Origin: Nitrospiraceae bacterium
GTDB lineage: Bacteria > Nitrospirota > Nitrospiria > Nitrospirales > Nitrospiraceae
DNA length: 64,000 bases
Direction of reading: 5' to 3'
Assembly (NCBI GenBank): GCA_050246315.1
Contig: JBFWWG010000001.1
Span: 448,001 to 512,000 of the forward strand
The position numbers and the translations under genes are program-made. The notes beneath the pieces were generated by a model, which searched no databases, was not told the DNA's origin, and worked only from the letters and a program-made list of their open reading frames with translations. Below are positions 51,605 to 59,982 of this stretch, piece after piece (position 1 is the first letter of the stretch; every line of letters starts with the position of its first letter).

Positions 51605-52960
51605 GTGTGTCCCGTGGCGTCTCCCATATGGATCAGGACATGGTCTGGGCCGGAATGGGGAATGGCGAGTTGTGATCCTTGCGCAGGGAACCACGAGCGT
51701 CTGGTTCGTGTCCGGAGGGGAGCGGTGACCTGCCGATTTCCCATCTCGGCTCGGTTTCTGATTCGTTCGGCCGTTCTCGGCGTAACGGTCCTGGCCGCCT
51801 GGCTATCTCTTCAGGCGGCGACGCTTCCATTTGCCTGGTTCTGGCTCAGCTGCGGGATGGCCATGCTTCTGTTCGGATTCACCGCCCGGCGGACGGCCGC
51901 CAAGGCGGTCTGGGTCAACCTCTGTGCGGCCATGGTGTCCCTCGCATTGGCCGAGGTGTATTTTTGGAACACGAAGGTGGTGAAGACCAACACCTATTGC
52001 TGCGACGACCGCTATTTCGTCCGCGACGATCTCTTAGGAGTGGTGCCTCGGAAGAGCTTCGCCGCGACCCATGTGAAGACCGCGAATGCGCTTCCCCTTT
52101 ACAAGGTCACCTACACCATTGACGCCAATAGATTGCGCATTCCGCCCCCCTACGATGAACGAAACAGCCGCGGGTCCATCCTCTTTTTCGGCTGCTCCTA
52201 CACCATGGGCGATGGAGTGGAAGATACCGAGACTCTGCCCTATCTGACCGGCCTTCTGACACAGGGCCGCTACGCCGTTTACAATTTCGGGTTTCATGGC
52301 TATAGCGCGCAACAGATGTTGGCCAACCTGGAGTCAGGGCGAGTCCAGAATATCGTGACCGTGGCGCCTCAGCACATCATCTACCAGACCATCCCGTATC
52401 ACATGGAACGGGTAGCAGGCCTCATGACCTGGTTCCCGCATGCGCCGCGATACCGTCACTCGGACGGCGGCCGCGTCGTCCCCGACGGGCACCTCGACAC
52501 GGTGGAGGACGAAACCCGCTATTCACGGATCGAGCGGTTCTGGCGGAGTCAGGGATCCATCGGGCAGGCCATCTCCACGACCATGCGAAAGTCCTACATC
52601 TACGACAAATTGGTGCCTCCATTACGAAGCCTGACCGGCGAGGACGTCCGTCTCTATCTGGACGTGGTCTCGCAGGCGCGAGCGGCGGCGGCGAGGCAAT
52701 ATCCCCAGAGCGAGTTCCATATTATTCTGTGGGACAACATGTTCGTTAAACACGATTATCTCCAATTCCTTCCTCAAGTGCTGGAAGGGTTCCGGAAGGA
52801 GCGCGTGCGGGTCCACCTCGTGTCCGAGATCATTCCGGACTATGACGCCAGTGCGCCGAATACGAAGTATGAAATCCATGCGCACGATAGCCATCCGAAT
52901 CCCTTCACGTATCGTCTCTTGGCGACCTATATCGCCAAGAACATTCTTCACGCGGATTGA
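51605..52960 (+). CDS. Membrane-anchored SGNH/GDSL-like hydrolase
   Basis: N-terminal TMs; FFGCSYTMGDGV, YNFGFHGYS, DSHPN; start uncertain. Confidence 0.78.
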   Translation: MCPVASPIWIRTWSGPEWGMASCDPCAGNHERLVRVRRGAVTCRFPISARFLIRSAVLGVTVLAAWLSLQAATLPFAWFWLSCGMAMLLFGFTARRTAAKAVWVNLCAAMVSLALAEVYFWNTKVVKTNTYCCDDRYFVRDDLLGVVPRKSFAATHVKTANALPLYKVTYTIDANRLRIPPPYDERNSRGSILFFGCSYTMGDGVEDTETLPYLTGLLTQGRYAVYNFGFHGYSAQQMLANLESGRVQNIVTVAPQHIIYQTIPYHMERVAGLMTWFPHAPRYRHSDGGRVVPDGHLDTVEDETRYSRIERFWRSQGSIGQAISTTMRKSYIYDKLVPPLRSLTGEDVRLYLDVVSQARAAAARQYPQSEFHIILWDNMFVKHDYLQFLPQVLEGFRKERVRVHLVSEIIPDYDASAPNTKYEIHAHDSHPNPFTYRLLATYIAKNILHAD

Positions 52961-53003
52961 GGCAAGGGGTGGGTCTTCAGCACCACAAAGGGGTCACACA
53001 AAG

Positions 53004-53471
53004 GGGTCAGGTCTTGCAATCATGCACGAGCTTGCTCGATCTGCTTCAGCCGGCGTGGGTCGCTAGCTTTGCGCCGACGGGGTTGAGCACCACAGATCGG
53101 CACAACTCCGACAGGTGCGCATCCTTTTCCACAAGAATGGCTCTGAATCGATCTTCAAACAGATGGCCAACCCGACCATGCCGGCGATTGAAGGCCTGAA
53201 CGTATACGCCGTTCAACTGGCGCATGCCCTGCGAGAGCGTCGGTCGTGGTATATCGACGAGCAGATGGTCGCGATTGTCCATCAGGCAGTAGGCCTGATA
53301 CAGCCGGCCATACCGGTCGATCATCTGGGCGAGGGTGGCGAGAAACCGCGCATGATCTTTGTCATCGCGCACGATCGGCTGGTGGGAGTTTCCGCGTCCA
53401 GTCAGTTGGTAGACGGCGTGGGGAAACTCCAGACGAGCGGGTGAGCAATGTATGATTGCAAGACCTGACCC
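53004..53471 (-). mobile_element. RAYT (TnpA-REP)-derived mini-element A1 with perfect 20-bp TIRs
   Basis: GGGTCAGGTCTTGCAATCAT (53004-53023) and ATGATTGCAAGACCTGACCC (53452-53471); internal ORF AYCLMDNRDHLL..FNRRHGRVGHLF..VVLNPV. Confidence 0.85.
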
Positions 53472-53496
53472 TCCATTTGCGCTCCATTTGATTTGA

Positions 53497-53543
53497 CGAA
53501 GGAGCGTCGCTTTTTGCTGTCCGAGTTGATGCTGTTGTTCGGG
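53497..53543 (-). repeat. Partial attC (R'' side only)
   Basis: GTCCGAGTTGATGCTGTTGTTCGGG just downstream of the nitroreductase gene; other arm replaced by element A1. Confidence 0.45.
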
Positions 53544-53550
53544 TTCTGAT

Positions 53551-54567
53551 TCAAACCAGCACCGACTCTACCGGACGCCGTAGTGATCTCGGCATTTCCT
53601 TTCCTCTGCCGAAGCGCACGACGAGATCGAGCCTCCGGTCACCCAACCTCAGGGCTTTGGCGAATTCGAGGCGAAGGCGGGATTCCTCGACAGGTTGGTT
53701 CACAAAAGCATTCCGGATTCCCAACGCCGTGGCTTGCAGCGCGAAGCGCTCATAACAGCGGCCTGCTTCGACCCAGTGAACCTTGTCGTTGACGTTCGAT
53801 ACGAACACGGCGATTCCCGCCGAACTGCGGATTTGGCGGGCATACTTGGCATTTTCAGGTTTCACGCGAAAAAGCGAACGGAACAGTAGCCTCCCCAGCC
53901 AGCGTGGAGTCGGAGGGCTTCCGGTCGATCGAGCCGTCAACCCATCACCGGTTCGGATCGCCTCGCCATCGCTGAAGCGAATCCAACTCTCTAACTCGCT
54001 CACAAAAGCCGGGTTGTCGATCTGCATGGTGTTGCCCTGAACCACATATTCGAGAACCTTCTCCATTGCTTCCCGCTCAGTCAGCAGGATGACCACAACG
54101 CCGTTCCCGGTTCCGGCTGTTTCGAGCAGCCGCAGTTCTTCCGTGGCCAGTGGTCTACCGTCAAAGCTGGTTCGTGTGCATTGTCGATAGGGAATTGCTT
54201 TGAACAGAGGCGATTCTTCCGCTTTCCATCGTTCCAGCATGACCGTGATTACTCCGCCGGAAGCAGGACTGAAATCCACATTCCCCATGAAGCCGGATGC
54301 CCTTGCCGCCTGGACAAGATTCTCGGCGGCGCATCCCAGCGACACGAAGAGATGATGGTCATCCGGATCGACCACCGGGGTACGTCGGGACAGATCCGGC
54401 AGGATTGCAATGGAACGATTCTCCAGCCGAAACCGCCAACATTGTGTGTTGTGCCCGGACGGGGCCAACGTGGCGTAGCGGACGATCTCTTTCATCTGCG
54501 CCGCCTCATCGGACGGCACGCCTTCCGAGTGGCGCCAGATGCTTTTCACCGCCTCAGCGTAATTCAT
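53551..54567 (-). CDS. Acg-family FMN-binding nitroreductase-like protein (cassette)
   Basis: LAPSGHNTQCW, SLGCAAENL, NQPVE, RSLRRP. Confidence 0.88.
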   Translation of the reverse strand: MNYAEAVKSIWRHSEGVPSDEAAQMKEIVRYATLAPSGHNTQCWRFRLENRSIAILPDLSRRTPVVDPDDHHLFVSLGCAAENLVQAARASGFMGNVDFSPASGGVITVMLERWKAEESPLFKAIPYRQCTRTSFDGRPLATEELRLLETAGTGNGVVVILLTEREAMEKVLEYVVQGNTMQIDNPAFVSELESWIRFSDGEAIRTGDGLTARSTGSPPTPRWLGRLLFRSLFRVKPENAKYARQIRSSAGIAVFVSNVNDKVHWVEAGRCYERFALQATALGIRNAFVNQPVEESRLRLEFAKALRLGDRRLDLVVRFGRGKEMPRSLRRPVESVLV

Positions 54568-54586
54568 CTCGCCGATTGCCTCGCAA

Positions 54587-54652
54587 CCCTAGCGCTCGAG
54601 ATCAGCCGACCCAGAACCGCGCAGGGCCGTCCGCTGCCCGCTCCTGTTGGAC
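54587..54652 (-). repeat. Degenerate attC site
   Basis: Plus strand CCCTAGC...ATCAGCCGAC...GTCCGCTG...GTTGGAC, 9 bp from the mrr stop. Confidence 0.5.
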
Positions 54653-54661
54653 GGCCCGCGG

Positions 54662-55573
54662 CTACTCCTCGCTGAAGTAGTCGGAATCAATCTTCTTCAC
54701 CTCATAGGAGCGAGCTAGGGACACGCCGACGTTGTGGTCAATCATGTGCTTTGCGAGCGCCGCGCCATCGATGAGCACGATCGTGCTGTCGATTCGAGAG
54801 GCGAACTCAATGGCGTCGGCGGAAAAGGACGACGTCGTAATGAATACTCCCTTGCGGGCCCGATGCCCCTGAAGCGCTCCAGCGAACTTCTGGATCTCGG
54901 GGCGTCCCACCGTAGAGTCCCAGCGCTTCGCCTGGATGTAAATCACATCGAGCCCCAGGCGATCCTCCTTGATGATCCCGTCGATCCCTCCGTCGCCACT
55001 CTTGCCGACAGCCTGCCCGGCGTCGCGAAGCGTTCCTCCGTAACCCATCCGAACAAGAAGCTCGACAACGAGGCGCTCGAAGAATGATGGGGATGCGCCT
55101 TTCACTTGGTCGAGGAGTTCACCTTCGAGATCGAGTCGGAGGCGGCCGTATGCCGCATCCAAGGCTTCCTCAGGTGTGGCGTCGCTAGAGACGATGATCG
55201 GTGTTGGCGCTTCATCCGGACGCTCATGTCGCAGCTCTCGGAAAGCCACGAACTCCGGAAACTGCTCCAGATACTTGACATCGACGCGCTCGGGCTTCGA
55301 CGCGAGCACGGATTGCCCGCGATCGGTGATACGGAAGTAGCCCCGGCGAACAGACTCAATCAGACCAGCCTTCTTGAGGTAAGTCCGCGCCCAACCCGCT
55401 CGGTTCCGAATCACGGTCTGCTGACCGCTGCCGAGCAACTGCTGGCGCTCCTCGGACGACAGACTGAACTCGTCGGCTAACGAGTCCACAACTTCCCCGA
55501 TGTTGTGCTCCTTGCCATCCCTGAGGAATCGAAGGAGAGGCAGCATCACCGTTTGGTAGTCGGGTATCGCCAT
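54662..55573 (-). CDS. mrr: Mrr type IV restriction endonuclease (cassette)
   Basis: MAIPDYQTVMLPLL, NRAGWARTYLKKAGL, DGGIDG, IYIQAKRW. Confidence 0.95.
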   Translation of the reverse strand: MAIPDYQTVMLPLLRFLRDGKEHNIGEVVDSLADEFSLSSEERQQLLGSGQQTVIRNRAGWARTYLKKAGLIESVRRGYFRITDRGQSVLASKPERVDVKYLEQFPEFVAFRELRHERPDEAPTPIIVSSDATPEEALDAAYGRLRLDLEGELLDQVKGASPSFFERLVVELLVRMGYGGTLRDAGQAVGKSGDGGIDGIIKEDRLGLDVIYIQAKRWDSTVGRPEIQKFAGALQGHRARKGVFITTSSFSADAIEFASRIDSTIVLIDGAALAKHMIDHNVGVSLARSYEVKKIDSDYFSEE

Positions 55574-55610
55574 TCAAGACTCTCAGCCATCCGTCTTTCG
55601 GTCCGTCCGC

Positions 55611-55649
55611 TCCCGTTCAGCGGCGCGCCGCTGAACGGGATGGTTGGGC
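55611..55649 (-). repeat. Degenerate attC collapsed to a perfect 30-bp palindrome
   Basis: TCCCGTTCAGCGGCG/CGCCGCTGAACGGGA plus GTTGGGC (55643-55649). Confidence 0.6.
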
Positions 55650-56405
55650 GTCTGGCTTCTGAAGCACCCAGATCATCACCGGACTTCGGCCTGCATCGAA
55701 CGGAGAGCGATCGTAGTTTCCATAGAGATCGAGGACATGGAATCCCGCGTCTCGCGCCATGGTCTCGAAATGATCTCTTTCGACGAACTCGAACTCCATT
55801 GGCATCAGGTGCTTCGAGCGCAGCCGCCCGTCACTATCGAAAAACTCAAAAACTTGAAGGCGCGTCACCAGAGGCCGTCCGCCCTGTTCGAAGCCGGAGA
55901 CGACGAGGCTCCCGTCCGGTGTCGCAAAGCGTCCGACGAGGCGCAGCGTTCCATCCACTTGGGCTCGGCGCACGGCGGGATTGTGCATCGTGCAGATGAA
56001 GCGGCCGCCTGGCGCCAAACATGCGAACACGGCCGAAAGTGCCTGGCGCTGACGCGGCTCGCCTATGATTTCCATGAACGATTGGAATGGCAGCAGCGCG
56101 AGCTGATAGCGTGTGTGAAGCTCGAGTTGGCAGACATCGGCACACAGTACTTCTGCGCTGAGACCACGATCCCTCAGTTTACGAGACAGAACGTCGAGCA
56201 TTCCGCGGGATCCATCGATGCAGGTCAATTGCGCTCCCGCCTGGATCAGCGCGAGTGAGAGCCGACCTGTGCCTGCGGTCAATTCCAAGATCGGCCCCTC
56301 GACCTTCGCCGTTTCCTCCAGAAAGAACGGGATGTCGTAGTCCGCGGCCACGTACAGGTCATAGATCTCCGCGACGCTGTCGTAGTCGACCGGAGTACGG
56401 CTCAT
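55617..56405 (-). CDS. Class I SAM-dependent methyltransferase (cassette)
   Basis: ILELTAGTGR, IDGSRGML, LAPGGRF. Confidence 0.9.
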   Translation of the reverse strand: MSRTPVDYDSVAEIYDLYVAADYDIPFFLEETAKVEGPILELTAGTGRLSLALIQAGAQLTCIDGSRGMLDVLSRKLRDRGLSAEVLCADVCQLELHTRYQLALLPFQSFMEIIGEPRQRQALSAVFACLAPGGRFICTMHNPAVRRAQVDGTLRLVGRFATPDGSLVVSGFEQGGRPLVTRLQVFEFFDSDGRLRSKHLMPMEFEFVERDHFETMARDAGFHVLDLYGNYDRSPFDAGRSPVMIWVLQKPDAQPSRSAARR

Positions 56406-56507
56406 AGCTGCCTCATAAGACGCCCAACGCCTGAATGAAGCCGCGCCGCGTAGCGGCGTCGGGTTGAATGAATGAACCAGAATAGTGAACCAGTACGGGT
56501 CACAGAA

Positions 56508-57158
56508 TTAGGGGGCAGAGTACTCTTGCCTGGTGGGATGTAGCTCGTTTGGTCGACCCCCTGTTTCCCCTATCAAGCTCCTTCCGACTTTCCTGCCGAT
56601 GGCCTCCCTGATACGTCTTACCTCCCACCACTCGCCCTGCTGCGTCGCTGTCCGGATGCGATCCCATTCATGGTCAGGCAATGAGTCCTCAAGCCGGCTG
56701 GCATAGGCGCTCGCTCGGGCTTGTGGGTTGTCTCCCAACGTCACGTACCAGGAGTCCTCATCAAGAAGAGGATCTGGTCGTCCCAGGGCCCGTCCGGTCA
56801 TGGTCGGCATTGAAATACCGGACATAGCGTTGCCCAACGCTCTGCATGAAACGACTCAGATCGCCTTCGTGTCCCGGTTCCATCAAGAGATGAACATGGT
56901 TGGTCATGAGCACGGATGCATGGAGCCGTACCCCGCATTGCTGTTTGGCCACGAGCAGACACTCGCCAAAGACCTGATAGGCCTTCGGAGCATGAAAGAC
57001 AGGTTGCCGATTATTGCCGCGCTGGATGACGTGATGTGGGGACGCCGGTAGGCTAAGTCGAGGCGGACGCGCCATGATTGGCAAACCCCGCACACCAGTG
57101 AGGTCGGGACCCTACGTCACGGCTGGCGGGACTGTCAATGCAATAGTTCTCTGACCCC
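56508..57158 (-). pseudogene. Second RAYT type (B), internally deleted; ORF start 57075
   Basis: MARPPRL..HHVIQRGNNRQPVF, VLMTNHVHLL, YFN...RTG then a jump to the C-terminal part. Imperfect IR GGGGCAGAGTACT / AGTTCTCTGACCCC. Confidence 0.82.
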
Positions 57159-57174
57159 TATTCCGGTTCCAATC

Positions 57175-57312
57175 TTTGTCATCGCGCACGATCCACTGGT
57201 GGGAGTCTCCGCGTCCAGTCAGATGGTGGACGGCGTGGGGAAACTCCAGACGAGTGGGCGAGCCATGCTGGAACTCGACTCCAACGCGATGTGTGACTGC
57301 AAGACCTGACCC
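57175..57312 (-). mobile_element. Truncated copy A3 of RAYT mini-element (one TIR)
   Basis: Near-identical to 59845-59982; ends TGACTGCAAGACCTGACCC. Confidence 0.8.
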
Positions 57313-57375
57313 TCAATTCCCACCATTCCTCAATTCGGTGGACCCTCCATTCGGTGAATGAATTGTTAGCCGAAC

Positions 57376-57828
57376 CTACGCTTTGACAGGGTAACGGCTG
57401 GAAATGGCGATACGGTTCCAAGTATTGATGACCACCGCAAGCCATTCGATGGCCGCGATTTCCTCTTTGGAAAGATGTGCGGAAGCTTGCTCGTAAACCG
57501 TATCTGGCAATTGACCATCTGAGATCAGCGTGATCGCCTCCACCAACTTCAGAGCGGCACGTTCTTTTTGCGTGAAGTAATCGGTCTCTCGCCATGCTGC
57601 GAGAACAGAGATGCGATCACTGCTCTCTCCACTGGCCAATGCATTCCGTGTATGCAGCCTGACGCAGAATGCACATTGGTTGATCTGAGAAGCCCGCAAG
57701 CGTAAGAGGTGAGAGAGGCCATCTGAGATACCTGCTTGGGTCGTTGCGTCAGACGCAAGCCGATCGAGTGCAACAACTGCCTGATATAGCGCAGGCGAGA
57801 ATGTTCCAAGATTGATTCTTTCAGTCAT
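57376..57828 (-). CDS. Carboxymuconolactone decarboxylase/AhpD family protein (cassette)
   Basis: LRASQINQCAFCVRLH, INTWNRI; lower GC than host genes. Confidence 0.92.
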   Translation of the reverse strand: MTERINLGTFSPALYQAVVALDRLASDATTQAGISDGLSHLLRLRASQINQCAFCVRLHTRNALASGESSDRISVLAAWRETDYFTQKERAALKLVEAITLISDGQLPDTVYEQASAHLSKEEIAAIEWLAVVINTWNRIAISSRYPVKA

Positions 57829-57847
57829 GCAGATTCCTCTGCTTGGA

Positions 57848-57980
57848 GGCTAACGCCGCCGTTCACCTGCGGCGGAGCGAGTGATCGCAGGGAGCGAGGC
57901 CGGCGTCAGGTGAACGCTAGAGCTCAGCGGCGGCAATGGAGCGCTGCGGAACTGCCGTCCGCTGCAGTGCCTTGTTCGGC
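57848..57980 (-). repeat. Two fused attC hairpins
   Basis: GGCTAAC..GTTCACCTG..CAGGTGAAC joined directly to GCTCAGCGG..CCGCTGCAGT..GTTCGGC. Confidence 0.75.
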
Positions 57981-58751
57981 TTATTTGTTTCCAACATAGA
58001 TTGATATTGGATAGGAAAAATGGATTTCGTTGCCAACCAAGTGAGCATCCATGCCCAATGAATTAGCATTGATATCGTTTTTGAATATGTCCCTTATCTT
58101 GTCATCATCCCCAGGTTTGGGAAACGATGCCTTGAGTTGCTTTTCAAGCTCCATCGGAACGGTATAGCGTCCACGCCGAAGATTGCTCAACCCGGATTGT
58201 CCAAGAAGTTGTTCCCATGACTCGTATGACAACGCTCGGGTATGAGATGGATCACGGAGCTTTTCCATGTGGTTGTAGGCCTCAGCTTTGTCGGCAGGCA
58301 ATGCTGCGTCTGCTATCAAAACAACGCCTTTCGGCTTACAGACTCTGATCATCTCCGTCAAGACCGCCTTCGGGTCGAGAAAGTGATGGAAGCTGTATCT
58401 GGTAACGACGATGGAGAATGAATCGGATGCGTAAGGCAATGGGGATGCGGTTCCGATGTCCCATGAGAGATTGGTCAAACCAAGTTCCTTTTGGCGATTC
58501 ATTGCCTGCTGGATCATCGTTTCGGTGAGATCAACTCCCGTAACATGCTGAGCCACCTTGGCAAACTCGCAAGCCACCAGCCCAGGTCCACATGCAACAT
58601 CGAGGACGAGGTCATCACCAGAAACGTTGCACATCTCGATGAGCATGTGGATTGAGTCCAAGTGCCCAGGCAACTTGGCGAAGGGAATTGCCTGCTGGGT
58701 AAATTGTTTCACAATCTCCGCGTCATGTTCCTGTTGACTTCTTGCGGTCAT
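57981..58751 (-). CDS. Class I SAM-dependent methyltransferase (cassette)
   Basis: VLDVACGPG, GVDLT, RYSFHHF, CKPKG; lower GC. Confidence 0.92.
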   Translation of the reverse strand: MTARSQQEHDAEIVKQFTQQAIPFAKLPGHLDSIHMLIEMCNVSGDDLVLDVACGPGLVACEFAKVAQHVTGVDLTETMIQQAMNRQKELGLTNLSWDIGTASPLPYASDSFSIVVTRYSFHHFLDPKAVLTEMIRVCKPKGVVLIADAALPADKAEAYNHMEKLRDPSHTRALSYESWEQLLGQSGLSNLRRGRYTVPMELEKQLKASFPKPGDDDKIRDIFKNDINANSLGMDAHLVGNEIHFSYPISIYVGNK

Positions 58752-58766
58752 TCTTTATCTCCTTCT

Positions 58767-58815
58767 GCCTAACGCGGGGCCTGAGCCGCGCCTGGAAGCG
58801 GGCCGACCGAGGAGG
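58767..58815 (-). repeat. Half attC (R' side)
   Basis: GCCTAACGCGGGGCCTGAGCCGCGCC...; complementary arm not found. Confidence 0.6.
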
Positions 58816-58862
58816 AGTCTCAGAAACGGTCATTGTTCAGAGGTTCCTTTGGCGGCGTTGTG

Positions 58863-59399
58863 TTACAAGGACTTCTTCATGCGCAAAAGCGGAACCGCGG
58901 TACCTCCGCGACCATCAATCATGTTTTCGTCAGCCACATACCCGCAAGCGCGATAGAGGGGTTCTCCGGCCAAGGTGGCGACTAATTCCATCCTGGTAAA
59001 ACCTTCTGCTTGCGCCGCCGCTTCGCAGAGCGCAATGATCAGCCGCCCCACGCCTTTGCGGGTGTGGTGGGGATGGGTATACATCGCGCGGATGCGTGCC
59101 GCGTCTTTCGTCGGGTCGAGGAGGGCCGCACTGCGTCCGAGGGTCTGATCTCCACCATACAGGGTGGCACGGCGGCTCCATCCGCCACAGCCGGCAAGTT
59201 GACCATCTACATCTACAATGAAATAGGTCTTATCATCAATCAGCTGAGTGTCCAAGCCCATAATGGCTCGACTCGAGGCAATCTGGCGTTCATCGAGAAA
59301 TGGCTTCTGCAATTCTGCGATTGCCGCGTTCATTAACAGTCTTAACGCGTTGAGGTCGTGGCGGCCGGCCAGCCTGTGGATCAATGTCGCTTGCGTCAT
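58863..59399 (-). CDS. GNAT-family N-acetyltransferase
   Basis: LAGCGGWS, RIRAMYTHP..RKGVG, LYRACGY; AAGGAGG RBS. Confidence 0.92.
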   Translation of the reverse strand: MTQATLIHRLAGRHDLNALRLLMNAAIAELQKPFLDERQIASSRAIMGLDTQLIDDKTYFIVDVDGQLAGCGGWSRRATLYGGDQTLGRSAALLDPTKDAARIRAMYTHPHHTRKGVGRLIIALCEAAAQAEGFTRMELVATLAGEPLYRACGYVADENMIDGRGGTAVPLLRMKKSL

Positions 59400-59490
59400 C
59401 ACTCCTCCTTGGGCCTGATTGAATTCAATCCTCGATGTCGGGGTCACGATTTCAGGGGTCAGATGTCAGGGTCACAGGGGTCAGATGTCA

Positions 59491-59982
59491 GGGTCAGGTC
59501 TTGCAATCATGCACGAGCTTGCTCGATCTGCTTCAGCCGGCGTGGGTCGCTAGCTTTGCACCGACGGGGTTGAGCACCACAGATCGGCACAACTCCGACA
59601 GGTGCGCATCTTTTTCCACGAGAATGGCTCTGAATCGATCTTCAAACAGATGGCCAACCCGACCATGCCGGCGATTGAAGGCCTGAACGTATACGCCGTT
59701 CAACTGGCGCATGCCCTGCGAGAGCGTCGGTCGTGGTATATCGACGAGCAGATGGTCGCGATTGTCCATCAGGCAGTAGGCCTGATACAGTCGGCCATAC
59801 CGGTCGATCATCTGAACGAGGGTGGTGAGAAACCGCGCACAATCGTTGTCATCGCGCACGAGCCACTGGTGGGCGTCTCCGCGTCCAGTCAGATGATGGA
59901 CGGCGTGGGGAAACTCCAGACGAGCGGGCGAGCCATGCCGGGACGCTACTTCAGCGCAATGTGTGATTGCAAGACCTGACCC
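59491..59982 (-). mobile_element. RAYT-derived mini-element A2 with 19-bp TIRs
   Basis: GGGTCAGGTCTTGCAATCA (59491-59509) and TGATTGCAAGACCTGACCC (59964-59982); near-identical to 53004-53471. Confidence 0.88.

Larger units (their letters stand above)
56422..57371 (-). repeat. attC site split by RAYT insertions (halves 56422-56473 and 57355-57371)
   Basis: Joining at the duplicated TGAATGAAT gives a 60-bp site, minus strand GGCTAACAATTCATTCAACCCGACGCCGCTACGCGGCGCGGCTTCATTCAGGCGTTGGGC. Confidence 0.85.
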
